The notes under the pieces are model-generated. The model saw nothing but the letters and a program-made list of their open reading frames with translations, ran no database searches and was not told where the DNA came from. A stretch of DNA of 64,000 bases, taken from the NCBI RefSeq assembly GCF_009914755.1, contig NC_060930.1; one strand, given 5' to 3'. Source of the stretch: the human T2T-CHM13v2.0 reference genome, Homo sapiens. The translations under genes and the position numbers were made by a program. Positions 18,889 through 32,893 of the stretch are shown one piece after another. Positions within the stretch are counted from its first letter, which is position 1. Each line of letters starts with the position of its first letter.

Positions 18889-19516
18889 AGAGATCTTAAT
18901 ATATTCTGGACACCAGGCCTTTGTCAATAGGTTTGCTTCATCAGTAGGTTGCTTTTCACTTTCTTGATAATGTCATTTGACACATAATAGCTTTTAATTT
19001 TTTTCATTACTTTTCAATTATTTTTTCCAGTTTTATTGAGGTACACTTCACAAATAAAAATTATATATATTTAAGATGTACAATGTAATGCCTTAATATA
19101 TATGTACACTGTGAAATTATTATCATAAGCTAATTAAAATATTCACCACCTCACATAATACTTTTGTGTATATGGTGAGGACACTTAAGATCAACTCTTT
19201 TAGCAAATTTCAAGTATGCAATACAGTATTATTAACTCTAGTCACCATTCTGCACATTAGATCTCCAGAACCTATTTATCTTGCAAAGCTATACAGTTGT
19301 ATCCTTTGATCAACATCTCTCCATTTCCCCCTTCCACGGCTCTGGCAATCACTAAGCTACTCTCTATTTCTAGGAATTTGACTTTCTTAGATTCCATATG
19401 TAAGCGAGATCACACAGTATTTGCCTTTCTGTGTCTGGCTTATTTCACTTATTATAATGTCCTCCAGGTTGATGCAAAGGCAGGATTTTCTTCTTCATTA
19501 AGGCTGAATAATATTC

Positions 19517-19563
<47 letters not shown>

Positions 19564-21654
19564 AAACATATATATATAGATACACATTTTTATCATCCAT
19601 CCTTTCATTTATTTATTTGTGTAAGTTGAACTATTCTTGCATTCGTGAAACAAATCGCACTTGATCATGGTGAATGATCTTTTTAAAGTGCTACTGGATT
19701 CAGTTTTCTAGTATTTTGTTGCGGATTTTTGCACATATGTTTATCAGGGATATTGCCTGTAATGTTCTTTTATTAGCGTATTATTTTTCTGTGTTTAGTA
19801 TCAGTGTAATGCTATCCTCATAAAATGAATGTGAAAGCATTCCTTCTTTTTAGTTTTTAAGAAGAGTTTGAGGAGGGTTGATATTAGTCTTTGTAATGTT
19901 TGGTATGCTTCAGCAGTGAAGCCATTAGGTCCTGGCCTTTTCATTGATGGGAGACTTGTTATTACTGATACAATCATGTACACATTATTGGTCTGTTCAG
20001 ATTTTCTATTTCTTTCTGAGTCAGTCTTTGTAGGTTTTTTGCTCTAGGAATTCATCCATTTCTTCTAAGTTATCCAATTTGTTGGCATGTAATTATTCAT
20101 AGTAGTCTCTTATGATCGTTTGTACTTCTGTAGTATCTATTGTAATGTCTCCTCTTTCTGGTTTTATTTGAGTATTCTCTGTTTTTCTTAATCTAGCTAA
20201 AAGTTGGTCAATTTTGTTATTTTATTGAAAACCAACTAGTAGTTTTATTTCTTTTTGGTATCAGTTTTTTAGTCTTTACTATTTCTGATGTGATCTTTAT
20301 TATTTCTTTCCTTCTACTAACTTTTGGGTTAGTTAGTTCTTTGTCTAGTTTGTTGAGGTGTAATCTTAGGTTGCTTATTTGAGATCTTCTTTTTTAATGG
20401 AAGTGTTTATTGGTAAAAGCTTCCCTCTTAAAACCACTTTTGCTGCATACTATAAATTATTGGTATGTTAGTGTGTCCATTTTCCTTTGTCTTGAGTTGT
20501 TTTTGTTTTCAATTCAAAATCATATTTATTATGTTTTAAAGCAAGTGACTTATTTTAGTATAGGATAGATTAACTCATTCCAAATGATAGCTTTCTCCAA
20601 TTAAAGCTACATTGTTAAAACTTGAAAAAATTATCCAGAATTTATCTTTCATGGTGATACTTAATTTCAGTAGGGCTTTTCACATTTTGTCTGATTGGCA
20701 TATAAATCAAAAACAAATATTTCTTTTTTTATTATTATACTTTAAGTTCTGGGGTACATGTGCACAACGTGCAGGTTTGTTACATAGGTATACATGTGCC
20801 GTGTTAGTTTGCTGCACCCATCAACTCGTCATTTACATTAGATATTTCTCCTAATGCTATCCCTTCACCAGCTTCCCACCCCCTGACAAGCCCTGGTGTG
20901 TGATGTTCCCCGCCCTGTGGCCAAGTGTTCTCATTGTTCAATTCCTACCTATGAGTGAGAACATGCGGTGTTTGGATTTCTGTCCTTATGATAGTTTGCT
21001 GAGAATGATGGTTTCCAGCTTCATTCATGTCCCTGCAAAGGACATGAACTCATGTCTTGAGTTTTTAAAATTTCCTCTTTTAATATCTTCTTCGACTCAT
21101 TGATTGTTCAGGAGCATATTGATTAATTTCTATCTATTTGTGGATTTTCCAATATTCCCCCATTATTGATTTCTAGTTTCATACGATTATGATCTAAAAA
21201 AAAAACCTGATATGATTTCAATCTTCTTACATTTTTTGACTAGTTTTGTGACCTAACATATGATCTATTCTGGAGAATATTCCCTGTGCACTTGAGAATA
21301 ATGTGTATTCTACTGCTGTTGGATGGAATGTTCTATATATTTCTGTTAGGTCTACTTGGCTAAAGTGTAGTTTAAGTCTCGTGTTTCCATATTGATTCTC
21401 TGTCTGGATGATCTGTCCATTAGTGAAAGTGGAGCTATTCAAGTGTGCTACTATGATTATATTACAGTGTAGCTCTCCTGTGAGATCTATTAATGTTTGT
21501 TTTAGTTACTATATGTAGGTACTACAATTTTGGGTATATATATTAATATATATTTATAATTGCTATATATTTGTAATGAACTGATCTCCTTATTATTACA
21601 TTCTTCTTCGTCTCTTTTTACAGTTTTTGACTTAAAGTCTGCTTTACCTCATGT

Positions 21655-22283
21655 TGAGTTGAGTTTCCCTTATCCAAAATGCCTGAAACCAGAAATGTTT
21701 TGAATTTTGAATTGTTTTTGCAATGTTTGCATTATGATATGGTTTGGCTGTGTCCCACCCAAATCTCATCGTGAATTGTAACCCTCATGATCCCCATGTG
21801 TCAAGGGAGGAGCCCAGTGGGAGGGGATTGGATCATGGGGGCGGTTTTCCCTATGCTGTTCTTGTGAGAGTGAGTGAGTTCCCACAAGATCTGATGGTTT
21901 TATAAGTGTTTGACAGTTCCTCCTTCACACACTCACACTCCGTCCTGCCACCTTGTGAAGAAGGTGCCTGCTTCTCCTTCATCTTCCGCCATGATTATAA
22001 GTTTCCTGTGGCCTCCTTAGCCATGCTTCCTGTTAAGCCTGTGGAACTCTGAGTTAATTAAACATCTTTCCTTTATAATTACTCAGTCTCTTTGTAGTAT
22101 TCTTTATAGCAGTGTGAGAATGGACTAATACAAATTATATATTTACTGTTTTTGCATCCCTAAACACAAAAATCCAAAATGCTCCGAAGAACATTTCCTT
22201 TGAACATCATGTTGGCACTTAAACATTTTTAATTTTGGAGTATTTCAGATTTCAGATGTTTGGATTAGTGATACTCAATCTGT
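21655..22283. mobile_element. Tigger4a/MER46-like DNA transposon split by an LTR
   Basis: ttgagtttcccttatccaaaatg ... ggattagtgatactcaatctgta inverted termini. Confidence 0.65.
21735..22132 (+). mobile_element. THE1/MST-type MaLR solo LTR
   Basis: tgatatggtttggctgtgtccc...ggactaataca with 5-bp TSD catta/aatta. Confidence 0.88.
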
Positions 22284-22714
22284 ATAACTACCCCTCTATC
22301 TTCTTGTTTCCATTTGCATAGAATATTTTTTCCATCCCTTTACTTTCAGTCTGTTTGAGTCCTTACAGGTGAAGTGAGTGTGTTATAGGCATCATATAGT
22401 TGGATCTTATTTTTTAATCTATTTGGCCACTGTATGTCTTTTTATTGGAAAATTTAATCCATTTCCATTCAAGATAATTATTTATAGGTAAGATCTGCTA
22501 TCACCATTTTGTTAATTGCTTTCTGGTTGTTTTGTAGACCCTTCGTTCCTTTATTCCACTCTTCGTATCTTTATTTGTGATTAAGTGATTTTCTCTAGTG
22601 GTATGCTTTGATTCCTTTTTATCTTTTGTATATCTACTTTAGGTTTTTGCTTTGTGGTTACGATGGTGCTTACAAAAAAATCTTATAGTTATATCAGGCT
22701 ATTATATAAGGTGT

Positions 22715-25122
22715 ATAATAACAAAATCCTCCGAGCTAAAGCAGCATGTTCTAACCCAATGCAAAGAAGCTAAGAACCTTGAAAAAAGGTTACATGAATT
22801 GCTAAGTAGAATAACCAGTTTAGAGAAGAACATAAATGACCTGATCTGACTGAAAAACACAGCATAAGAACTTTGTGAAGCATATACAAGTATCAATAGC
22901 CAAATCGATCAAGCAAAAGAAAGGATATCAGAGATTGAAGATCAACTTAATGAAATAAAGCAAGAAGACAAGAATAGAGGATAAAGAATGAAAAGGAATA
23001 AACAAAGGCTCCAAGAAATATGGGACTATGTGAAAAGACCAAATCTACATTTGATTGATGTACCTGAAAGTGATGGGGAGAATAGAACCAAGTTGGAAAA
23101 CACTCTTCAGGATATTATCAAGGAGAGCTTCCCCAACCTAGCAAGACAGACCAACATTCAAATTCAGGAAATACAGAGAACACCACAAAGATACTCCTCG
23201 AGAAGAGCCACCTCAAGACATAATCGTCAGATTCACCAAGGTTGAAATGAAGGAAAAATTTCTAAGGGCAGCCAGAGAGAAAGGTTGGGTTACCCGGAAA
23301 GGGAAGCCAATCAGACTAACAGTGGATCTCTCTGCAGAAACCCAACAAGCCCGAAGAGAGTGGGGGCCAATATTCAACATTCTAAAAGAAAATAATTTTC
23401 AACCCAGAATTTCATACCCAGCGAAACTAAGCTTCATAAGCAAAGGAGAAATAAAATCCTTTACAGACAAGCAAATGCTGAAAGATTTTGTCACCACAAG
23501 GCCTGCCTCACAAGAGCTCCTGAACGAAGCACTAAACATGGAAAGGAACAATTGGTACCAGCCACTGCAAAAACTACCAAATTGTAAAGGCCATCCACAC
23601 TATGAAGAAACTGCATCAACTAATGGGCAAAATAACCCGCTAGCATCATAATGACAGGATCAAATTCACACATAACAATATTAACCTTAAATGTAAATGG
23701 ACTAAATGCCCCCAATTAAAAGACACAGACTGGCAAATTGAATAAAGAGTCAAGACCCATTGGTGTGCTGTGTTCAGGAAACCTATCTCATGTGCAGACA
23801 TACATAGGCTCAAAATAAAGGGATGGAAGAATATTTACCAAGCAAAAGGAAAGCAAAAAGAAAAAAAAAAGCAGGGATTGCAATTCTAGTCTCTGATAAA
23901 ATATACTTTAAGCCAACAAAGATCAAAAGAGACAAAGAAGGGCATTACTTATACAAAAATTAACTCAAGATGGATTAAAGACTTAAATGCAAAACCTAAA
24001 ACCATAAAAACCCTGGAAGAAAACTTAGGCAATACCATTCAGGACATAGCATGGGAGAAGACTTCATGACTAAAACACTAAAAGCAATGGTAACAAAAGC
24101 CAAAATAGACAAATGAGATCTAATTAAACCAAAGAGCTTCTGCACAGCAAAAGAAACTATCATCGGAGTGAACAGGCAACCTACATAATAGGATAAAATT
24201 TTTGCCATCTATCCATCTGACAAAAGGCTAATATCCAGAATCTACAAAGAACTTAAACAAATTTACCAGAAAAAAACAACACCATCAAAAAGTGGGCAAA
24301 GGATATGAACAGATGCTTCTCCAAAAAAGGCATTTATGCAGCCAACAAACATATGAGAAAAGCTCATCATCACTGATCATTAGAGAAATGCAAATCAAAA
24401 CCACAATGAGATACCATCTCATGCCAGTTAGAATGGCGATCATTAAAAAGTCAGGAAACAACAGATGCTGGAGAGGATGTGGAGAAATAGGAATGCCTTG
24501 ATATTGTTGGTGGGAGCATAAATTAGTTCAACCATTGTGGAAGACAGTGTGGTGATTCCTCAAAGATCTAGCACCAGAAACACCATTTGACCCTGCAATC
24601 CCATTACTGGGTATATACCCAGAGGATTATAAATCATTCTGCTATGAAAACACATGCACACGTATGTTTATTGTGGCACTATTCACAATAGCAAAGAGTT
24701 GGAACCAACCCAATTGCCCATCAATGTTAGATTGGATAAAATGTGGCACATATACACCATGGAATTCTATGCAGCCATAAAAAAGGATGAGTTCATGTCC
24801 TTTGCAGGGACATGGATGAAGCTGGAAACTATCATTCTCAGCAAACTAACACAAGAACAGAAAAACAAACACGGCATGTTCTCACTCATAAGTGTGAGTT
24901 GAACAATGAGAACACATGGACACAGGGAGGGCAACATCACACACCTGGGCCTGTCAAGGGGTGGAGGGCTAGGGGAGGGATAGAACTAAAAGAAATACCG
25001 AATTAGATGACAGGTTGATGGGTGCAGCAAACTACCATGGCACGTGTACATCTATGTAACAAACCTGCACATTCTGCACATGTACCCCAGGACGTAAAGT
25101 CTAAAAAATAAAAATAAAAATA
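22715..25122 (+). mobile_element. L1PA7-like LINE-1, 5'-truncated within ORF1, large ORF2 deletion at about 23950
   Basis: ORF1 peptides (22988-23651), ORF2 start, jump gggcattactt|atacaaaaattaactcaag, then 3' UTR and A tail. Confidence 0.9.
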
Positions 25123-25174
25123 GATGGGATGAAAAGAGCATGAAAATTTTGAAGACCAAAACCAAAATTAATTC

Positions 25175-25418
25175 AAATCAAAATAAGTGCAGAGTTTATT
25201 TTTAACAAATGTCATAGCTATGACACCTTAATACAGAATTTGTCAGTCAGACCTTAAAAGCTTATACACAAAAATACCAAAAATGCCAAGGTTTGGCATA
25301 GCTGGTAGCTGGGAACAGTGTCTTCGTTTGATTGCTGTCTATTATTTCCAGCATGCTAAATCCTTACCCACGTTTCAGCTTCTAAGTAGGTTGATGCTTC
25401 ACTCTGTCTCCCGTCCAA
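25175..25418 (-). terminator. LPA: LPA 3' UTR with polyadenylation signal AATAAA (25195-25200)
   Basis: tttatt on the + strand about 220 nt past the stop, followed on the minus strand by a T/GT-rich tract. Cleavage position is approximate. Confidence 0.85.
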
Positions 25419-25580
<162 letters not shown>

Positions 25581-26220
25581 CTAAACAGAGGTAGGGGAAA
25601 ATTCATGTGAGCTTTAAGCTGCCAACCTTTTAATATGGGATGCCATCCTTCTCTTATCCATATGTACATTTTCCCAGTAATTCAAATCAGAAGGGAACTT
25701 ATGAGCATATTACTCAAGCATCTGCAGTGCTTAAGTACTTAGCAAAGTCTATTCAACAAAACCACATCACTTAGTTTTTTCCTGGGAAAAAAAATAATCC
25801 CTTGTGAATCCTGCATGCATTGCTTCCTAACTTGGTGTTTCCTTTAGACTGGGCTAGCCTGGACATCATTGTTAAGTGTGTGTAATTTGTCTCGGTCCTG
25901 TACCCTCTACCTTCCTCTCTACTGGAAAAGCCACCACTTCAGTCACTGGTGACCAGCACACACCAGGAAGGTGAGTGGCCTGAGGTAGTTATGGCACTTA
26001 CGGCTCCCTTGCTATGGATCTGGAACTCAAGCCCCAAGACGTCTCCTTAGATGATCTGAATATGCATTCAGGGACAGATCTGGGGAGTTTCTGAGCAACA
26101 CTTAGACTGGGGTCTTCCACTGACAAAACCTTCCTGAATTTGCCACTTTGGGACTGACGTCTAAGGGACTGAGACTGAGACGGGAGAGCACAAGACTTTG
26201 ATCTATTGATCTTTTCTTAC

Positions 26221-26339
26221 CTGGCAACTGTCAGTGCCTCTGGCCAAATGCTCAGCACAAATATACTTATAGTGATTGCACACTTCATTCTCAATAACAA
26301 GGAGCTGGGCTTCCTTGAGAAGGCCAGTCCCAAAGGTAC
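26221..26339 (-). CDS. LPA: LPA exon 38, protease-like domain
   Basis: 119 nt, AG/GTAAG boundaries. (G)[39 protein letters not shown], showing the apo(a)-specific 9-aa deletion relative to plasminogen. Confidence 0.97.
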
Positions 26340-28574
26340 CTGTGTTTAAAAAGATGAAAGAAATGGTTACTGAGGCCAAAGCTTGTTCACGAGGAAATTC
26401 CAGAAGAACAGAGCAGTGGAGCTGGACCTCCTGTCTGTCCGTGAGGCTGCAGAACACAAGGCAGCTCCCAATGCCACTGGACTCTCTGACCCATTAAAGT
26501 GCAAATGTCATATAAGATTTTATGTTCCCAAGACCTGGATTCAACAATCTGGGCTTTGTCATGCTGCTTTGGGGTTGGTTGTTGTTTGTGTACTTTTTGC
26601 TTTTCTTTTGAAGCTATCAAAATGATTTTTACAATGTAAAGAGAGTCTGAGAAATACAATTGCTATTCTTTTTATATACTTTTTTCAGATTTTTATATGC
26701 TTCTTTTACTATTACATCATAATGCACAATTTCCTATACTGATTTTTTCAATCAATGTTATATCATGAGTTTTTAAAAAAATGCTACAGTCTTCATAACT
26801 AATATTTTAATGAGGAGTGACTGCTTAATGGGCATGAGGTTTCCTTTGGGGATGAGAAAAATGTCCTGGAAATATGGTGACGGTTGCACACCATTGTGAA
26901 TGTACTGAATGCCACTCAGTGGTACCTGCAAAAATGGTTAAAATAGTAACTCTATGTTGTATAAATTTTATTGCAATAAAAAAGAATAGTCATCATTTAC
27001 TAAGAATCAACCTTTCCAGGCACAAGCTCATAATGTGGTATATCTCACTTAATCCTCACAACGGTCCTATGAAACAGGCACTTGTCATTCCTGTTCTTCA
27101 GTTGAGGAAACTGAGGCGTAAGGAGGTTGTATAGCTCAGCTTGAGTCTGGGTCTGCGGAGTCACTGCCCAAATGCTTCCTCCCCATGCGTGTTGGCCCCA
27201 CTCTTGCTTCCAACCTTCCACATGTTTGTTCATAAATTTCATTCTTATTCCTTATTACTTTCTGAAGTCTCAGTTCCCATAATTATATAGACATATTTCT
27301 ATCTCACAGTAACATTGCCAAATTATTCTCTAAAAGGGTGTGACAGTGGAAAATGTCACTGGAAAACAATTACTTTGCCTCACCCTTGTGATATTCAATT
27401 TTTAAAATATTAGCTAACATAGTAGGTGGAAATTGTCCTGATTCATTTTCTAATTTACACTTCCTTGACAATTAGGGAGAAGAAATACTAGGGACAATTC
27501 TCCTCGTTGTAGTTCTTCTTTTGTGAAAAACTGCTTAATTTCCTTCGCCAAATTGAAACAGAACCTCTGCTAAAGTGCCAGAGGAAATGCTGTTTTTCCA
27601 GATGGACATGCCCAGGGATTTCTCAGTGCTCTCACAAATAATCCAAGTTTCCAATGTTGCAAGCCCAGCTCTCATTAGAATTTTGCAAAACTTTGCAAGC
27701 ATGGCACAGGCTAGAACTGAGGCACTCTCTCCTGCTTTCCCCAAAGCCCTTGACTGCACTTAGATCATTGTCTTCGGTGTCAGAAAACTGACACCGAATC
27801 TGGAGTTTACATGAGCAGCGTGGAAGAGTCTCTTCCGCAGAGCTGCATGGAGGAAGCTCCTCCTGACTACCGAGCATTGGGCATGGGATGCATCACCTGG
27901 ACTGCACAGATGTGTAAAGGGGCACCCTTCTCAAAATATTTTGCTGAAAGTTAAGTTAGGTGTCACTGCTCTCAGATTTGCTCTCTGAGCAAGGCAAACA
28001 TCCTGATAAGAGGGAAAACCCACCAGGAGTTGCTGGGAAATTAATGCAGTCTATGAGTATGTGCTGCCATCTCGTGGCCAATGTAGAGATGGCACCTCTG
28101 AGGGCAGGGTGGGCCACAGGTAACCTGAGGATTGAAGCCCTCTCTGATGGCGCCCTGGAGACAGGGCCACGGGATCAGCCCAGTGATTGCAGATGAGACT
28201 TACATGGATGAGCCCCTTGGCCTCAACACCACTCTGCACTTGGTACATCCAAATCCGGGAAGGTCTGGACACATGAAGGGGAGAGGGGGAGAATTTTGAC
28301 CTCCTTCTGAGAAGCTGAGAACACCCATTGATCTGATGTCATTATTAACATGTAGAAAGTTGATAAGCAGGCCTGAGTTATGTATGTGGCTCCTCCTGGT
28401 CTAGTTGGTGTTCTGAAAATCCTTTTCTCAGTGGACATGTGGGTGAGACCAGAGGAGACTGGGAGCCCAGTGCAGGATGGTGGTTAGAAATGTGTGGATG
28501 GGGGTGGGAGAGAGGAAACAGTGAGTGGGCTCTGGGGTCAACACCCAGCTACACCCTGGTTATGTGATGTTTAT

Positions 28575-30672
28575 TTATGATGATGGTGGTGATGATTAAA
28601 CCAATGGTGATAGTGATGGTGTTAATGATGGTGATGGTGATGGTGGTGCTGGTGATGATGGTGGTGCTGGTGATGATGATGGTGGTGATAATGGTGATGG
28701 TAATGATAATGGTGATGGTGGTGGAGTAGTGGTGATGGTGGTGGGTAGTAATGATGGTTACAGTGATCATTGTGATGATGGTGATAGTGATCATGGTGGT
28801 GGTGATGATGGTTACAGTGATGGTGGTATTGGAGATGGTGTTGATGGTGATTATGATGGTGACGATGGTGGTGATAGTGATGGTGGTAGTAATGATAATG
28901 GTGATGATGGTGGTGGTGATGATAGTGATGGTGATGATGGTGGTAGTGGTAATGATATTGGTGATGGTGGTGGAATTGTGATGGTGGTGGTAGGCATAGT
29001 AATAGTGGTGATGATGGTGATTGTGATGATGGTGGTAGTGGTAATGATGATGGTAATGGTGGTGGTGATAGTGATGGTGATGATGGTGGTAGTGCTAATG
29101 ATATTGGTGATGGTGTTGGGATGGTGTTGATGGTGATGGTGGTGGGTAGTAATGATGATCATGGTGACGGTGGTGGTGGTGATGATGGTGATGTTGGTAG
29201 TGGTAATGCTAATGGTGATGGTGGTAGTGGTAATGCTAATGGTGATGGTGGTGGTGGTAATGCTAATGGTGATGGTGGTGGAATTGTGATGGTGGTGGTA
29301 GGCATAGTAACGGTGATGATGGTGGTGGTGATGATGGTGATTGTGATGATGATGGTAGTGGTAATGATGATGGTGATGGTGGTGGAATGGTGTTGACGGT
29401 GATGGTGTTGGATAGTAATGATGATGATGGTGAGTGATGGTTCTGATGGTGATGTTGGTGATGTTGACAGTGAAGATGACAGTGTTAATGGTGATGGTGG
29501 TGGAATAGTGGTGATGGTGATATTAATGGTAGGGGTGGTAATGATGATGGTGGTGGTGATGATGGTGATGGGGTGGTAACGATAATGGTGACAGTGATGG
29601 AATGCTGATGATGGTGATGAAGACAGGTAGTAATGATGGTGACAGGGATGAGGATAGTGATGGTGGTGGTGGTGATGATGGTGATCGTGATAATGATACT
29701 GGTGTTGGTGGTGATGGTGGTTATGGTGATGGTGGTGGCAATGATAATGGTGGTGGTGATGATGGTGATATGGTTTGGCTCTGTGTCTCCACCCAAATCT
29801 CATGTCAAATTGTAATCCTCAATGTTGGAGAAGGGGCCTGGTGACAGGGTATTGAATCATGGAGGGAGGCTTCCCCTTTGCTTTTCTCATGATAGTGAGT
29901 GAATTATCATGAGATTTGGTTGTTTAAAGGTGTGCAGCACTTCCACTGCACTCTCTTTCTCCTGCTCCACCATGTGAAGATATAACCGCTTCCCCTTCAC
30001 CTTCCACCACGATTGACAGTTTCCTGTTGCCTCCCCAGCCATGCTTCCTGTACAGCCTGTGGAACTGTGAGTCAATTCAACCTCTTTTCTTTATAAATTA
30101 CCCAATCTCAGGTAGTCTCTATAGCAATGCAGGAATGGACTAATACAGATGAGGAAATATAGAGGATAGTGATGATGGTGGCAGTGATAATGGCAGTGGT
30201 GATGATGGTGGTGATGGTGATAGTGATGATGGTGGTGGTAATGTTAATGGTGATGGCAGTAGAATTGTGGTGATGGTGATGTTGGTAGTAGCGGTGGTAA
30301 TGATGATGGTGGTGGTGATGGTGATGTCATGCTGATAGTAGTGGGACAGTGGTGATGGTGATGGTGGTAGTAGTAGTGGTAGTAATGATGATGATGGTGG
30401 TGGTGATGGTGATGGTGATGATGTTGAGAGTGATGATATTGGTGATGGTGGTGGAATGGTGGTGATGGTGATGGTGGTAGTAGTGGTAGTGGTAGTAATG
30501 ATGATGGTGGTGGTGATGGTGATGGTGGTAATGATGTTGACAGTGATGATATTGGTGATGGTGGTGGAATGGTGGTGATGGTGATGGTAGTGCCAGTAAG
30601 AATGATGATAGTGGTGGCGATGATGTTGATGGGGATGATGGTGGTAGTGGTGGACGGTGATGATGATGATTA
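28575..30672 (+). repeat. Long degenerate (GGT/GAT)n low-complexity array in LPA intron 37
   Basis: Direct read. Source of the poly-His/Thr/Val/Met pseudo-ORFs. Confidence 0.95.
29766..30147 (+). mobile_element. MSTA-type MaLR solo LTR
   Basis: tgatatggtttggctctgtgtc...ggactaataca with TSD gatgg/gatga. Confidence 0.88.
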
Positions 30673-32786
30673 TGTGTAATCTTAATCCTCACAATTATCT
30701 CATATGTAAGATGAGAAAGCGGAGGCTAAAAGAGATTAAATAACTGCCCAATGTCACATGGAAGATGGGAGAGCCAGAACTCACACCCAGATCCTTATGA
30801 TTTTAGCTTCATGCTTTCATCAGTTGAGGTATCATAGAGGCTCTGTTTGCTTTCTGGCTGCCCAGCAGCTTTTTGCCCTACCTCCCATAATCCTCTTGAA
30901 GGATCTATCTAACTTTTGCCCCTTATGGGTATTAGTGGGGTCTTGCCTTCACCTCCAACATGGAACAATTGGTGCAGGTCAGAGCCAGTCAGTGATGGGT
31001 TCAGGGGCAGGACGGTGACCCAAGTTTGACTTCTCAGAGTGGGCAGACTATTGTTCACATAATTGGGAGAGTGGCCTTTCTTATTCTTTCCCGGTACAGC
31101 CACAGCACCACAGCATCTGCAGCCATGGGAATGTCACCTTTGTGCCCCCAAATAGTGCCTACTCCATGATTGGGAGGACCTGGGATTTGGGGCCATCATG
31201 TGAGCCTGAAAACTTTGCAGCTCACTAAGAATTTCCCTTGTTTTGCTTAATCCAATTTGAGTTGGATTTTCTGTCACTTGCAAGAAAGAATCATGTTAGA
31301 TATAATTCTATTCTTTATTAGTAGTAGGAGCTGCCATGATGGAGTGCTTAGGATGTGCTCAGCACTTGATGCACTTTCTTATTATTTCCCCCATAACAGC
31401 CCTGCAGCCCACATCAGCTGAGGAAACAATCAGCGAGAGCTCACGACTTTTCTAAGTCCTGACAGCCCATAGGCAGGAGCCAGGGTTCCAATTCAGGTTT
31501 GTCTGTACCACCCTCCACCTTCTCTGAGCCCCAGCTTCCTCAATGGTAAAATAGGAACAATAATACCTAACTCACAGTGGTTTGTAGCATTTAAACTTTA
31601 AAATATGCAAACACCAGGAGCAGCCTCCCACACCCATAGGTGCCCCTCATTTGCCAAGTTTCCTTTTACCTGGCCTCAGTGCTCCCAGACTCAGCAGTGC
31701 AGAAAAAGGGAACAAGGAGTCAAGGAGGTGAGGTTTTAAAAATAATAGGAAAATGACAGAAAAAGGGAAGCCTACTTTGAAATTATCTAAACCTGTGGTT
31801 TTTAATCTTTTTAAAAACACAAAAAACATTTTATCAAATCAAAGCTTATGCAAAAGGCTGATGTGCAAAGCACCATTTGAAAATGCTGGTTTTACAGATA
31901 AGGGATTAGAGCCAAGTGGTACAAAGAGGTAACGTGTCTAGTTCAGGTCTATCTGGCAAGTGGCAGAGTCAGAACAGTTTTCCAGGGCCCCAGACTCCCA
32001 GTGCCCTTGCCTGCACCTCTGAGAAAGTAGAGCTGAGACTTTAAGACAGTTTCAGTTTTCCTACTGCCAAGGGGGTAAGGCTGACGGATATAATTATTGT
32101 CAGGGCATACCGCAAAGAGAAGAAGGAATCCATAAAATGTAGTACAGGTGCTGATACCACATCATGCACAAAAATATTCCCTCTCTTGCTCTCACCCATC
32201 AACCAATACCAAATGCCATCCTAGACTTGGGGCCATGGGAACTGTCTGCCTCTCCCCCAGCTTCAGGTCCCCTGCCTAACACCCTCACACACACATTAGA
32301 CATGTGGGTATTTGGGAAGAAGAATAGTTTAATTACAACTTTTGTCGTTACTGTTTTGCACCATGTTTAGAAACGCAGTCTGTCTAATTTCACATGAAAA
32401 ATAATCTAACACCCTTAACTTGAGGGCTGGGTCAAAACCCCACTTACCTGGGGAAGCAATATGAATGCTGAAATTATGATTAAGAGACTCAAAGACCTCT
32501 ACTGGTGTTTGTTTTTGTTGTAAGGGAAACATACAATCATTACAAAAAAAATTAAAAGATTCTGAAAACAAAAAAGAGAGAGACTCAAGGAAATGGCACC
32601 GCTCCCCTTGCCCAAGTCCCTTGAAGACTGATTATGGAGACATAGACAGGTGTCCAGGCAAAGTCAGGAGTGGGTAGACCACATTCATGGGTAGGAATTT
32701 GTACAACTATCTCCAAAATGCTCATTTTGTAACATGCACTGAAGGTCAAAAACAATTTGTTACGTGGGCAATGGAATTGATCTCAC

Positions 32787-32893
32787 CTTGGGTTTCTCCC
32801 CAGCCAGTGATGTAACATTCAGTCCTGGCGGTGACCATGTAGTCTGGGGATGGCAGACAAGCTGGCATTACTTTGTCAGTGATGACGGCAGGC
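32787..32893 (-). CDS. LPA: LPA exon 37, protease-like domain
   Basis: 107 nt, AG/GTGAG. (R)[35 protein letters not shown](G). Phases match neighbouring exons. Confidence 0.96.

Larger units (their letters stand above)
19030..22710 (-). mobile_element. Composite old L1 (L1MA/L1M) antisense block with (TG)n at 19520-19560 and an L1PA 3' fragment at 20725-21055
   Basis: Degenerate ORF2 peptides in the ORF track (19801-19983, 21227-21442). Confidence 0.7.

Noticed and set aside
28549-30692. Long His/Thr/Val/Met-rich ORFs (up to 214 aa)
   Set aside because: By-products of the trinucleotide low-complexity array, open on both strands, with no splice or domain support.
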